This document shows positions 27,931-41,507 of a DNA stretch of 64,000 nt, one piece after another (positions within the stretch are counted from its first letter, which is position 1; every line of letters begins with the position of its first letter). Where the stretch lies: assembly GCA_964187785.1 (NCBI GenBank), contig OZ076411.1, positions 71,300,001 to 71,364,000 on the forward strand, read 5' to 3'. A model generated the notes under the pieces. It saw nothing but the letters and a program-made list of their open reading frames with translations. It did no database searches and was not told the origin of the DNA. A program made the position numbers and the translations under genes. Source of the DNA: Amphiscolops sp. MND2022 (lineage: Eukaryota).

Positions 27931-28997
27931 ATAAGCTGCGTATTGCCGAAAAAGAAGCCGAAGGAGGGACTTTTTGGTCACCCCTCTGCTTTTGCAAGTC
28001 TAAAAAATTTTATTGTAAGCATTAGAAAAGACTCGAACCCAACGTCCTTCTGCTCCTCAGAACTCACAAAAATCCGCATTAACCTCTGTGCCAAGTGGCA
28101 GTAAAAGCTACAAGCTACTAAGCAACAATTTTTTTAAAAAGCCACTAGTCGGGTTTTTTCTTCAGAAAATGTCGACTAAAAAGGACTCTATCTTTTAGAC
28201 TCGTGATAGAAATAAAACTAAAAATCCTCTATAACTACTTTCAATGATACTTTAGCTACTCTAGCTTGCGCTTGAAAGTATTCTCAAATTACAATTTCCA
28301 AATGACTGTATCGTAAAAATCGCCTTTTCATTGAACTAATTCTCAAGAAATTGAAATGAATATTTCTGAGAATTGTTTTTTTACGCAGCATGAATGAAAG
28401 AAGCCAGATTTAGCGAGAGTTTGTTACCGAAGTTAAGATGCAGTCCTTATTTGGAAGCAGTTAATTTCAAACCAAAATACGGTACTGAAAACTTCACAAA
28501 AATGATATCTCGAAACCATTTTAAAATTCAAGAGATTGGCGATGGAAACTTATGATCTAAGTTGGCTACCTGTTTTAAGTAAAATAAAAACTATTCAGTT
28601 CTAATACACAACACGAGACATTCATCTCGCTGTATTTTTTCAATCAAGTTATCTGAAATTAAGTGTATTGAACAGCCTATTGAATGAACGCCTGGTGCTA
28701 AATATACGTTCGACTCGAATTTAATTTCGACACGTAGTTACGCATTAAACAAGCAGTAACAGTTTTGGTATAAAATTAAACCAGAAACATTTTATACCAA
28801 AACTACTCGTTCCGTTTTGGCTAACAAACATTCGATAATTTCGGTCTCTACCACAATTCTAGGGTAGAAATAAATTTCTTTAATAAACTTGGTGAGAAAA
28901 ACCGGCCCCGATCATCGACATTTGATGTTTCCTCATAAAAGATCTTCATGACAGAAGCAACCACTATTCCTAGCTGAAAAACCCACTTCTGTTCCTA

Positions 28998-29346
28998 GCA
29001 ACCGCTATTTCCAGCACAGAAGCAACCGCTATTTCCAGCAGAGAAGCAACCGCTATTTCCAGCAGAGAAACAACCGCTATTTTCAGCAGAGAAACAACCG
29101 CTATTTCCAGTACAGAAGCAACCGCTATTTCCAGCAGAGAAGCAACCGCTATTTCCAGCAGAGAAGCAACTGCTATTTCCAGCAGAGAAGCAACCGCTAT
29201 TTCCAGCAGAGAAACAACCGCTATTTTCAGCAGAGAAACAACCGCTATTTCCAGTACAGAAGCAACCGCTATTTCCAGCAGAGAAGCAACCGCTATTTCC
29301 AGCAGAGAAGCAACTGCTATTTCCAGCAGAGAAGCAACCGCTATTT
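28998..29346 (+). repeat. 24-bp minisatellite (GCAACCGCTATTTCCAGCAGAGAA) x14.5 with 144-bp higher-order duplication
   Basis: Units start every 24 bp from 28998. Variant units at 29070/29094/29166 recur at 29214/29238/29310. Confidence 0.95.
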
Positions 29347-29363
29347 GTTAGAAAGAAGCACCA

Positions 29364-30455
29364 ATGGACACCACAGCTTTAACCTCCGTTGAATGTAGTA
29401 TATGCAAAGACACACTGGTTGACCCAAGGTCCCTTCCGTGCGGACATTCTTTTTGCGGGCCCCCGAAGCACTGTCTCAAGGCTGTAGAGAAACCACGTGG
29501 GTTGAAATGTGCTATTTGCAAACAAGACATCGATTTGAACGTTGACCAACTTAAACCGCTCTATGGAATTCGAACATTCCTTCGACAGTCGACTTCCAGA
29601 CAGCAAAACGACGGAAACGAGAAAAAGTTCGAAGTTCTATGTGAGAAACACGCAGGCTGCTCGGTGGAATTTTGGTGTGAAACTTGTAAGGAAGAAGCGT
29701 GTATGAAGTGTTTCAACTCTGTCCATCAAAAACATGCACTGGTTGTTTTCAGAGAACATTTGAAAAATATCACAGCGCCAATATTCTCGGAAATCGACGT
29801 AAAGGTTAAAGCAACGGAGAGACTCGCGTCAAAAGTGTTGAACGAGACTGAAAATCTCAGTTTTATGGAGTCTCAGCGAGAAGAAGTCTTCAAGCAAGTT
29901 CGGTTCTGTCTTGGAGACTTGAACAATTTCAAAACTACGTTGAGAAGCATTGGGGAATTCATTGAAGACTCCCAAATTGACATTGATTTGAATCAAGTAA
30001 AAAAATTCGCAAGTCGGGAAACTCCCGATGACTTGGAAAGCATTCTTAAAGAATTGACTTTCCTGCGAGCGAGAACATCTGCAGACTTCAAACTTGTCGC
30101 AGAATTCACAAGCAATCTCGACGGGGACGAAAGCAAAGAATTGCGATCACTTGCGATGAATGACGAAAAGATGAACATCAAATTGAAGTTGAGGTATGAC
30201 CCTCACAAATCAGAACTGCATTTGGAAACAGCGCTATCCACAGGTGAAATAATTCCGGCAGGTCGAAACATTCCTGGGGAGATGCCTTATTTTTGCGGAG
30301 TGTATATTGCGACATCTACTTGGAGACCCGAAAAAGCCCATGCATATCACTTCACACTTCCATGCAAATTTCAAATTTCGATGCAAATACCAGAAACTTT
30401 GAAAACCCAGCAAGTTCAGATCAAGTTAAAATATAAATTCATTCTTAATGAATAA
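29364..30455 (+). CDS. Intronless RING - B-box - coiled-coil (TRIM-like) E3 ubiquitin ligase, 363 aa
   Basis: RING CSIC..LPCGHSFC..HC..CAIC; B-box CEKH..FWCETC..CMKC..HQKH; helical heptad region follows. Uninterrupted ORF. Confidence 0.9.
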   Translation: MDTTALTSVECSICKDTLVDPRSLPCGHSFCGPPKHCLKAVEKPRGLKCAICKQDIDLNVDQLKPLYGIRTFLRQSTSRQQNDGNEKKFEVLCEKHAGCSVEFWCETCKEEACMKCFNSVHQKHALVVFREHLKNITAPIFSEIDVKVKATERLASKVLNETENLSFMESQREEVFKQVRFCLGDLNNFKTTLRSIGEFIEDSQIDIDLNQVKKFASRETPDDLESILKELTFLRARTSADFKLVAEFTSNLDGDESKELRSLAMNDEKMNIKLKLRYDPHKSELHLETALSTGEIIPAGRNIPGEMPYFCGVYIATSTWRPEKAHAYHFTLPCKFQISMQIPETLKTQQVQIKLKYKFILNE

Positions 30456-30874
30456 TAAAATTACAATAGGAGCTGCTTTCACAAGAAAAAAACTTATGAG
30501 CCGGAATCTTAAGACGGAGCAACTCAAACCTGCACATGTGAAGATAAATTCATGAATTTAGAAATATTATTTTGATTGCGCTTGTATCATTCAGCTATCT
30601 GCAGCTAACAGCTTTGGAACATTATAAATAAACCTTGATAATATTGATGAAATTCTTTACCAAATAAAATTCAAATCCGTTCGAGTTTTATTGAACAAGA
30701 CGCCCGCTGATCACCGGGATATTGTCAGCTAAAAATGAAACGCATCACGGATTCGAACCCACAACCTTGTGTCTGCCAGGCGTGGCTTGTTTTACTAAAT
30801 GGAGTAATAAAGTGAAGTTTTGGCAGAATTTGGAAAAGAACGCAAGACAGATTATGATTTTCCTTCTCCATTAT

Positions 30875-32979
30875 TAGGCTTAGGATTTTTATGTATATCC
30901 ATATTTCATATGTTTTCCATATTTCGCCTTAAATGATATCATTTCCATGTTGAGGAAAAAAATCCATATTTAGCTGAATTGATACGTTTCTGAGAAATGA
31001 TGATAAGCTTTTCTGAGAAATGACACGATTAACAATCACTAATTACAGTATTTGTCAGAAATTAATATTGTTTAAACTTTATATTATCAACGCTTCTTCC
31101 GTATTTCAGTTTCCGTAACGCCAAGCCATCGGCCAAACGGTGAAACATTAGTCCGTCCGTGCCAAATGGAGAAAAAGACGGGTATCAAGAAGATCAAACC
31201 AAAACATTGTTGTGCAAGCTTTGTAAGGTCAATATCGACCATCGGGACACAAACACTAAATTCAAGGTGGATACGAATGCCAAACCAGCAAAGCATAAGA
31301 AAGCGGAAGAACTTAACACTGCTTCCACGAAAAAGTTCCAAATTTTATCTCAGAGTCTAAAATTCCAAAATACGAACATTTTACCGATTTAACGGAAGCG
31401 CTTGTGGCTGCGAATATTCCAGTGAATTGTGTATTTAAAGAAAACTTCTCAAACTTTTTAGAGAAGTACACTAAAAAACACCCCGATTGAGTCTCCTATA
31501 GGAAAACATAACATTCCCGAAATGGCAAAAACAGCCCTCGATAAAATAGAAAATCTTGTGAAAAATCGGAAATTCTACATGATAACTGATGAAACTACAC
31601 ACGCTACAGGCCGTTATAATATAGCAATCTTAGTGGGTATTTTGAAAAAGATGATAACGAAAAACCGTGGCTGTTTCAACAAACGGAAGTTCCATCAACC
31701 AACCATATTGCTATTACCCAAACTATCACTTCAGTAATGAATCAGCTGTCCGATAACCCTATACCCTATTGTTCATTGAAATTACTGGTCTAAGACCCAG
31801 CCTCGTATATGCTCAAAGCTGCGCGGCAGCTGCAAGAAACGCTCTACCCAGATATGCTACAATGTACTTGTGTGGCCCATGGATTGCATAGGGTGGCTGA
31901 ATTCATGAGACTCGCATCCTAAAACGGATAAATTGGTTGCAGCTACAAAGAAATTTTTACTCAAATTTCCACACCAAAAACGAAATTATACGGAGAAGAC
32001 TTAGTTCCATTGCCACCTGAAGTGGTAATTACTAGATGGACAACATTGCTGAAAGCTGTATTCTATTACGCCGAAAACTTCGAAGCCGTTGCTGAATATG
32101 TGCTTGACCTCAATGATGATACAATTGCAAATTCAACAGCTGAATAATTACCGCAAGACCCAGAAATCAGAGGTGATATGGCCTTCATTGCATCAAACTT
32201 TAAGTGTCTGGCGGAAACTGTTACAAAACTTGAAGGGAGACTGCCACACAGGGCAGTCTTGGAAATATTGAATGATTTCGATGTTAGTTTGACTGGTTTA
32301 CAGAATGTTCAAGAAAAATTCCAGAGTGCTGAAACATAATCCCGGTCTCGAGTGGTTAAATCGCTTCAACCGGGTAATTAATGGAGAAGAATTCTACCTG
32401 AATAAAGAAATTATACTCGAAGATAGTATGCTATTCAAGAACGCCCCAATGGTCATGGTCGACATGGAGATATTTTGTTCGCAATATGGAACCATATTGG
32501 AACCTCAGAGACAGCGACAGATTGTTGAGAATATCAAAAATCATGCCCTGGTGTTACTTAACAATTTCAGTTAATTGCTGATTGTTTGAATTCACATATT
32601 ATTGGGCATAATAAGTTTTTGTTTCGAAGACTTAGTCAATTAAAATGGTAATTTTTTCCATAATTTGGCATTTTATATCCATTTTGCGCTATTTTGTTCT
32701 CCATAATTGGTTGCATATTTTTGCTTATTTATTATTTTCTGCCCACATATAATGGGGAGGAAAATCATACTCTGTATTGCGTTTTTTTTCTACAAGTTTT
32801 GCCAAATCTCCACTTAATTACTCCTTGCAGTAATTCTAGTCACCAGGGCGCAGTTTGAAATGCGTCTGTCTGGCAGACAGGAGGTCGTGGGTTCGAACCC
32901 GTGTTGATGCGATACATTTTTAGCGAAAAATATCCCGGTGCTTAGTGGGCGTCTTGTTTCCATATAAATCCTAAGCCTA
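30875..32979 (+). mobile_element. Degenerate hAT-superfamily DNA transposon
   Basis: TIR TAGGCTTAGGATTT at both ends; degenerate 8-bp TSD TCCATTAT/CCAATTAT. Broken transposase with CKLC zinc finger, FYMITDETT, CTCVAHGLH and ITRWTT motifs. Confidence 0.8.
32845..32905 (+). ncRNA. tRNA-derived (SINE-head-like) cassette, not a bona fide tRNA
   Basis: CTGTC-TGGCA-GACAG hairpin and B-box GGTTCGAACCC; no complete acceptor stem. A partial inverted copy lies at 30748-30785. Confidence 0.55.
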
Positions 32980-34958
32980 CCAATTATATGTGGGCTGAAA
33001 ATAATAATTGTACTGATACCTTGTCTTCTTTCCAATGACTCCGCAACGTTTCTGATCAAAATTACTGATCAACACAGTAACTATGTTGGTTTCCCTTTCG
33101 ACATTTTCTCTCAAATTAAGGATTCTTACGCCTCCTTCTCAGTAAAAGTCAAAATACTCCGGATATAACGTCACGTTCAAAAAACGTCACGGTCAAAAAT
33201 TCGGATATAGCCGCTGGGACAAATGGAAACGCTTGTTTTCGAACATCCGCATCCTCCTCAGTAAAACGCAATGTAGTTCAGATATTACCGTCAAAACTTC
33301 GGATAGTTTTAAAAGTATATTTGGAGACATTTAAAAAATTTTCAAGACTCAGTGTCAAAAAAATTGAAAGGGGGACACTTCAGTCTCGTCCTGTTTTGGA
33401 AATACTCGAAAAAGTTCTCACTTAAGCTGGGACTCGAAGCCGCGACCGCTGGGTGCCCCGAAATTTGAGTAAAGTCTGTACTAAAAAGTGGTACATACAG
33501 TGTGAAATCTGTGGTCTGACGAAAAAACTTAGTCACTGTAATAGTCGTGCACTTTTCTGTTAGGAAAAACGCTGACTAAAAACATCTTCGTAACAGCGTA
33601 TGGGATAGCTAGTTGGTTTGTTTTGGAGTTCTTTGAATGTTTCAAGTGTTTTTAAACCTGTTTAAAATCTGTACAAACGGGTTCAAAATGAGAACTTCTA
33701 GCTTTTTGGGGTCATTTTGGAGTGTAAAATTTGAAAATCTTTGACTGTGTCATTTTGGTCATAACCAATTTGAATATGACATTGGAACATGACGAATGTA
33801 GGAAAAAACGCCACTCAGTCAGTAATTTTTCTTTCCCATATTGAACACGGGCGAAGCCGTGCTTCGCAAAGACTTGGGAAGAAACTTGGGAACCTTTGAA
33901 GAGAAAACCAAATAGGCAAGATCATACTGAGAACCAAGGGTTAAGGAGGCGGACACTTTTTCAAACAATTCATCATTTAAAACAAGACGGGAACGTCGGC
34001 GTTATACTTAAGGCTCAAAAAGCGCAAAGTTTATTAAATTTTACAGTGGCAAACAACACCCGAAGGGATAGGTACAAGACTCGAAAACCATTTTTTTCCA
34101 AACTGGAAACAAAAAATCAATTTCTTCGAGAAAAATTGGGATTTTTTCTTTCGGAAAGTCTCATAGTACCGAAAAATCGAGTACCACTTTCCCGGAATAG
34201 AAAGGTTTCGAAAAGTCACACAGTGTCGAAAAAGCTGTACGCCTTTCGCACAATTATTGAAAAAAATCACATCAGTCCCACAGGACTAAAAATAATCAGA
34301 GGTTACCCTTAAAACTGGGAAAACGGCGTTATCGCAAGTGTAAAATATGGGCGGAAAATAACGATACTGGTTTTTCAATATTGGTTGTATGAAATACTGA
34401 CTCGGTCTTTTTCTTGGCAATCCCACCAATGCGCCTTTTTCAAAACCAGCCTTTTGGAACTCTTGGCTAGTTATGACACATCGCTCCTACATTAGAACTA
34501 GGTGAAAAAAACTATGCATGGAATTGCAAGTTAGCAGAGAAAAATTTTAGACGCCTTGTTCAATTTGGACACCCTACCCCCTCTTTTAATGGTCGCCGAC
34601 TTTTGGTTAGTCAAATTATAACCAATTCATGATAGCAACTGCAGAGTATGTAATCTGTTCAGTTGGTTCTTTGTTCATTCGTTTCTTTTTCACTGAACAA
34701 CTTTGAACCAATGACATTGCGTTGTTTGTTCACTCGCAGCTAACACTTATAAAAGTCATATTTTTCGACGTTATTTTCTTGGCAAAACAGTGCAACAAAA
34801 AGTTCAACTTTAATTCATCAAATGTGGCACAATTGTTCAATAATCAAAACAAATTTTCAATGAAAGACGACGACTGTGTGCGTGGTCAATTTGTACTAAA
34901 TTGAAGTTAAATACGAGAAAAGCAGGTCACAATTTCTTCTGATGTCAGTCAGGTCAGG

Positions 34959-35109
34959 TCAGTTGAGTTTAAGATGCGTGACATTTTCCAGAATTGAGGA
35001 CATCTCCTTCATCCATTTATCTATTGCGTCATATCTCTCGATGCTCTCCGTCTGTCTGCGCTTCATCTCCAAAATCTGATTCACTTGGTCTATCCTTCCT
35101 TCTATTTTC
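34959..35109 (-). CDS. COPS2: COP9 signalosome subunit 2, exon 10 (last)
   Basis: cccag|G KIEGRIDQVNQILEM..RYDAIDKW..KLN TGA, matching the CSN2 C-terminus GRIDQVNQ. Confidence 0.9.
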
Positions 35110-35279
35110 CTGGGCGAAAAACAACAATCCATTTCATGAGCAAGAAATTAAATAGGTATATCCATAAAAGTAGGTATTTCGGAAAAAGAGGAGGCTTACT
35201 GAACGAGCATGGGGGGAAAGTTTAGTTTCAGTTAAGCTCTTGTGATGAGATTCAAGTGCTTTACGTTGTTTTACGATTG

Positions 35280-35826
35280 AGCTTTTAGTCGGCGTTTTCG
35301 AAGAAAATGCACGCCTCTTACAGTGGCTAGTTTTTTTCGTCAGTTCAACGCGATAGGTTCACTTTTTTGTTCATTTGTTCAACATCATCAACTTAAACTA
35401 TGGACGTCCAAAACATACTCGAAACGCTAGAACCTCCTCCAAAACAAAAACATCGACGTCCAGAACCTCGAAAACATAGGAAATCCCCTTTGGTGTTTTT
35501 CACTCTGATTTTTCGGAAATATGCGATTTTTGAACTTTTTTGGATTCCACCAAAGGGTCTCCCCTTCGTTTGTTTCGATATTTTGCAACACAATGGATGT
35601 CAAAAAATCCCAAAGGGTCCCCCCTTTACATTTTTCGGCACTGTGACACTGTTCAAAAATCTCATTAAAATTTTTTTGGGAAATTTTTTCAAGTCCCCAA
35701 AGGGCTCCCCTTCATTTTTTTCATATTTTGCAACCAACTGGAGTTTCACAGCCCAAAGGGTCCCCCTTTTACAATTTCGAGCCTTAGATATAGCGCCGAC
35801 TTTGGCCGTTACCGGCGGGCTTGTTT
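35280..35826 (-). mobile_element. Interspersed repeat family A (CSN2 intron 9)
   Basis: Reverse-complement family A ends. Confidence 0.75.
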
Positions 35827-35860
35827 CTTACTTACTCGGGGTGTTTACTTACTCGAATGA

Positions 35861-35930
35861 TTAGAAAAGAATAGATTAAAATAGTCTAGGACAGAATGGA
35901 TGGAATGGATTAGAATAGACTAGTATAGGA
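35861..35930. repeat. (AATAG)n-like microsatellite, left part
   Basis: Continues at 37941-38256 on the other side of the pogo insertion. Confidence 0.7.
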
Positions 35931-35932
35931 TA

Positions 35933-37930
35933 CAGTGGGGTTTGCTTATAAACAAGTATTTTATAAACAAGATTCGCATATAAACAACTATTTATCGAGC
36001 ACCGGCATAGACTAATGTAAAAGATGCAGTTTTAAACTTTTTATAAACAAGATTTTATTATAAACAAGAGAATTTTTTGCACCGTCGTTACATTTTAACC
36101 TTTTATTAACAAGATTTCTGAGAAATTGTGTTAAGTCAATATAACTGCACGTAAATTAGTTCATTTCAGAGCTGAATTGTTTACACAGATTTATTTCTGA
36201 GAAAATGTGTTAATTCAATAGAATTACTCGTCAATTGTTTACACAGTACAGCCTGTTCAACTGTCAAACAAAAAACCATGTCTCATAATAAACGAACCGC
36301 CTTGACTTTATCTCAGAAATATGAAATAACACAAAAAATTGCCTCGGGACGCAAACAGAAATTACTGGCCTTGGATTATAATGTAAATGAATCAACTATT
36401 GCTCGAATTAAATCACGGGCCTCTGAAATTTGTTCTTTATTTGAATCCGGATCTCATGGTATTTTGAAGAAAAAACAACGTCTCAACAAACATGAACAGA
36501 TTGAAAATACCCTCTATCACTGGATCACAACATTGGCAGCAGGTACACCAGGATTATCAACAGAAATATTACTGCAAAAAGCAATTGATTTCGGAAACGA
36601 ATTGGGTTATTCAGATGATGAGAGAAGCAAATTAGACAAAAATTGGATCAACAGATTTAAACAGAAAAAAGGTGTATTTTCACGGCGGTTGCAAGGTGAA
36701 GCAGCATCTACTGATATTGTGGCAGCGAATAACTGGAAAAATACCGTGTTAAAAACAATATTATAGCAATATACTCCTGAAAATGTGTTCAATGCAGACG
36801 AGACAGGGTTGTTCTGGAAAATGTTACCTGATACCACCCATGTTGTTAAAAATCAAACATTTTCCGGTGGAAAACGCTCGAAAGATAGAATAAAAATTTT
36901 GGTTACAGTCAGTGCGAACGGAGAAAAAGAACCTCTTCTAGTTATAGGCAAATCCAAGCAACCAAGATGCTTTAGAAACAATACGATTCCTTTTGAATAT
37001 AAATTTAACAAAAAAGCGTGGATGACGGCTGAAATTTTTAAATCCTTCCTAATGAAACTAGACAGGAAAATGATTCAGCAAAACAGAAAGATTGCTCTTA
37101 TCTTAGATAATTGCACCGCACATCCGACAGATATTCGTGAATTACAAAATAAAAAGATGTACTTTTTACCGCCTAATACTACTTCTTACATTCAACCCCT
37201 CGATGCTGGAATAATCAAAAATCTTAAACACCACTACCGCAGATTCCTTGTTCGAAGGAAAATTGATACTATCGAAAATGGGGTTCCATTTGATATAGAC
37301 CTTTTACAATCCCTGTTATTTTTGAAAACTGCTTGGTCGAAAGTCACATGCACGACAATCGAAAATTGTTTTAAACACACAGGGTTCAAATCCGTGAAAA
37401 GTAGTGATAAGGAAAAATTATTCAGAATTCTGAGGAATTAAATGATGACACATTTGTTGTTGAACCCTCCGTTCAGCTAGAAGGATGGAGCAATCACATT
37501 GGACCCCTTTCATTCGATGATTTCGTTACAGCCGATACCTTGGTGGCAACATCGGCAGAGCCGCATAATCAAGGTATTTTAGAACAATTCGGGGCAATTA
37601 ACAATGTAGAGGATTCAGAGTCAGACGAGGAACAAGATAGTACTGCAATACAACCAACAAAAGCCAACGCTTTAAGTGCATTGAAAACTTTAAAAAGTTA
37701 TTTCGAGTTTGAAAATGATGGTTTTGGGCACTTGTTAAACGTGGAAAAATTGGAAAAGGTTATATTGAAGAAACGACATGATGCTAGAACACAAAGTAAC
37801 ATTACAAACTATTTCCAACCATTGTAATTTATAAACAATTTTTTTGTTGAAAAGTTGTTTATAGACAATTTATTTTATAAACAAGTTTTTCGTAGGGAAG
37901 GACCATCTTGTTTATAGGCGAACCCCACTG
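35933..37930 (+). mobile_element. pogo/Tigger DNA transposon, pseudogenised transposase (CENP-B HTH + DDE_1)
   Basis: 24-bp TIR CAGTGGGGTTTGCTTATAAACAAG (22/24 match), TA/CA flanks. ORFs 36278-36766 (in-frame TAG), 36785-37441 (FNADETGLFW, LILDNCTAH, IQPLDAGII) and 37540-37827 after a frameshift. Confidence 0.95.
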
Positions 37931-37940
37931 CATAATGGGT

Positions 37941-38256
37941 GGAATAGAATACATTACAATAGAATAGAACAGAATGGATGGAATAGATTAGAATAGAATA
38001 GAATAAAGTAGAATAGAAAAGAATGAATGGAATAGAATAGAATACATTAAAAATAGAATAGACTAAAATAGAGTAGAATAGATTAAAATAGAATAGAACA
38101 GAATATAATACATAAGAGAAGAATAGACTAGAATAGAATAAATTAGAATAGAAAAGAATGAATGGAATAGAATAGAATACATTAAGAGAATAGAACAGAA
38201 TAGACTAAAATAGATTCGAATAGAATAGAATACATTACAATAGAGTGAAATAGAAT
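37941..38256. repeat. (AATAG)n-like microsatellite, right part
   Basis: Degenerate pentamer run GAATA/GAATG. Confidence 0.9.
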
Positions 38257-38288
38257 GGACTAGCTACATAATGATGGCAGCCAAAAAC

Positions 38289-38528
38289 CTGTCGAGGATG
38301 CAGGACACGAGGAGTGTCTCGACGTCGTTGTTGGAGATGTTGAGCCACCTGGCGATGAACTGCAGCGAGATGCTGGTGTAGGGCTTGATCAGCTTCACCA
38401 GCACCTGCGTCCGGATGTTCCTCAGCAACTCCTCGATGTGTTCCCGGATGAAGGGGTCCTCCATGATGGTCCTCGTGTTGCTCTTCAGAATACTCTCGAA
38501 CTCCTTGATGTCGTTGTTCTGGTACGCT
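38289..38528 (-). CDS. COPS2: COP9 signalosome subunit 2, exon 9
   Basis: ttgcag|[39 protein letters not shown]|gttttt (PCI domain). Confidence 0.95.
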
Positions 38529-39840
38529 CTGCAAACATTCACAACAAATAACTCCCACTGATTGTACACAGCCACCGGCAGGCAAACTTACCACCTTGAA
38601 CTAATCGAGCGACAAACAGTCAGAAATTGTAAGAAACTTACACAACAGTTCATAAATCTTATTTGAGTTTTTTCATTTTTCGCACTTTTTCCGAAAAAAA
38701 ACCTTAGGGCGATCTTAACAACCATGTTTTCTACAAACCCTATTATCAGGTCGTTAAATTTTGTAGATGGAGCTATATTTTTTGGGTATACATATAGAGT
38801 ATGGCTAAATTTGTTTTCAAAAACGCGATTGGAAGATCAATTTTTCGCTCTAAAATTGAAAATTAGCATGCTAGGACAAACAGATTTGATGAATATGTTA
38901 CGGGTGAAATGAAGATACATTTTTTTGTTATTCGCCATTATTTTCAATAACAAAGGGGCCAAAGACATCTGAAATATTTTAGAACTACTTATGAACCTCT
39001 TCACATAGAAATAAGAATGCAAAAACAGTATGGATTTCTTAGATGCTATTCGATCTTAGCCTTTTAAAAGTCTGTAAAAACAAGCGCTAGTTGGAGTAGT
39101 GCATTGTTACATCTAATGGAGAAGATATTTTGCGATAAGCTAAGATATGAAAGCCCCACTAGAAACATTGGCGAAACACCGATCCTTCACATCGGGAACC
39201 CACAACTTCCAAGTTGGGGAAGTAACGAGTGTTTCTAGTGCAAGGCTTTCATCGCTCGGTTTAGTTTATGGTTGATCAACATCGCTCCTGAAAAGTTCCC
39301 AGATTTCTCATATTGGAAAACAGATATTTTTTTGGCGAAAGTGGTCGAGTTCTCGTTCTAGGGGGTAACCTATGCCCAAATTTTCAACGACTGAAACGTG
39401 TGTTTTCCAGGGTTACCCCGGTTAAGAGCAAGCGCTTTATTCTTTTCGAAAAATAATGCTGATTTTTTTTCTCTTTTTACAATGATCACAGCCATACATG
39501 CCTGCTGTTTTAAGGTCTTAGACACAGGTCCCGAGATCGAGGTACATCGCCGGCGCTTTCCAACCTGAAAACAATTAATGTTTTCTCATTGAAAAGTACC
39601 ACCTCAAATACTAAATTATACTTAAGAAAACTGGAAAAGATGTAAGTTTTAATTTTTTCTTATTTAGCCAGGGTCCGACTGGATTGGCATTGTTATGCTG
39701 TTCGGGCCTTCTTCAAACGTGATTGCTACTGATTCGGCGTATCAACTGTATGTTCTATGTTTTGAAGAAACTATAATATTAATAATAATAATGGCGGACC
39801 TGGGTGAGAGGGTTCTATGAAAACTTTCAAGAACAAATTA

Positions 39841-39909
39841 GCGGAGCCCGGGATTCGAACCCGGGACCTCGGGGATGAAAATCAGAGCATAAAAGCCACT
39901 GGCCCAGGA
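39841..39909 (-). ncRNA. tRNA-derived cassette in CSN2 intron 8
   Basis: A-box-like TGGGCCAGTGG and a perfect T-arm CCGGG-TTCGAAT-CCCGG; acceptor and anticodon stems do not pair. Confidence 0.55.
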
Positions 39910-39934
39910 GTGTTTGTTGAATGTGGTGACTAAC

Positions 39935-40063
39935 GACACGAGGTTGGTCATGGCGATAATCTCGGGGTTGTTCTTGAAGGGCTTGGCCTCCTGTGAGTCG
40001 AAGGGGTTGATGGCGGATTGGGTGAGCATGTTGGCTAGCACCAGGTACTTGAGACAGGTGGTC
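39935..40063 (-). CDS. COPS2: COP9 signalosome subunit 2, exon 8
   Basis: ctcacag|[40 protein letters not shown]|gttagt. Confidence 0.95.
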
Positions 40064-40070
40064 CTGTGAG

Positions 40071-41181
<1,111 letters not shown>

Positions 41182-41200
41182 TCAGAACTGAAGTAGTGAT

Positions 41201-41507
41201 CAGATTTCACACCGCGATTCTATTAGCGGCAACTAATAGATTGTCCAAATTCAAAATTTCCTCGAACAATACAAGGAGTTTCGGAATGAATATCGAAAAA
41301 TACCCACTCTTCATCTGTAAAACCCACATAGTGAAAAATTCAAGTTTTTTTGCAAAAATTGATTTAAGTTATCGTTTATAGTTGAAACATTCTTGAATTC
41401 AAACACCTGATCGTTTGAAGAAAAAGCTTTTCAGTGAAATAGCGATTTTGAAATTAGCAGCCTGAGTGTCGCGATTAGCGAAAAAAATAAGCGATGTCAA
41501 AACTCTG
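41201..41507. mobile_element. hAT-type MITE (CSN2 intron 6)
   Basis: Perfect 8-bp TSD GTAGTGAT (41193-41200, 41508-41515); imperfect CAGA.. ends. Confidence 0.65.

Noticed and set aside
28998-29346. CRISPR-like array
   Set aside because: The units are contiguous with no unique spacers, there are no cas genes, and the context is eukaryotic.
35110-38288. Other CSN2 introns as Introner-type insertions
   Set aside because: I checked the boundaries of introns 1-6, 8 and 9; none has a TSD overlapping the splice sites or TIRs at the ends.
38235-38594. 119-aa ORF as a separate gene (likewise 45151-45405, 52708-53015)
   Set aside because: These are alternative or antisense frames over GC-rich CSN2 exons.
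39841-39909. Functional tRNA genes (also 16088, 32845, 48154)
   Set aside because: T-arm and boxes are present but acceptor and/or anticodon stems do not pair, so they are treated as tRNA-derived repeats.
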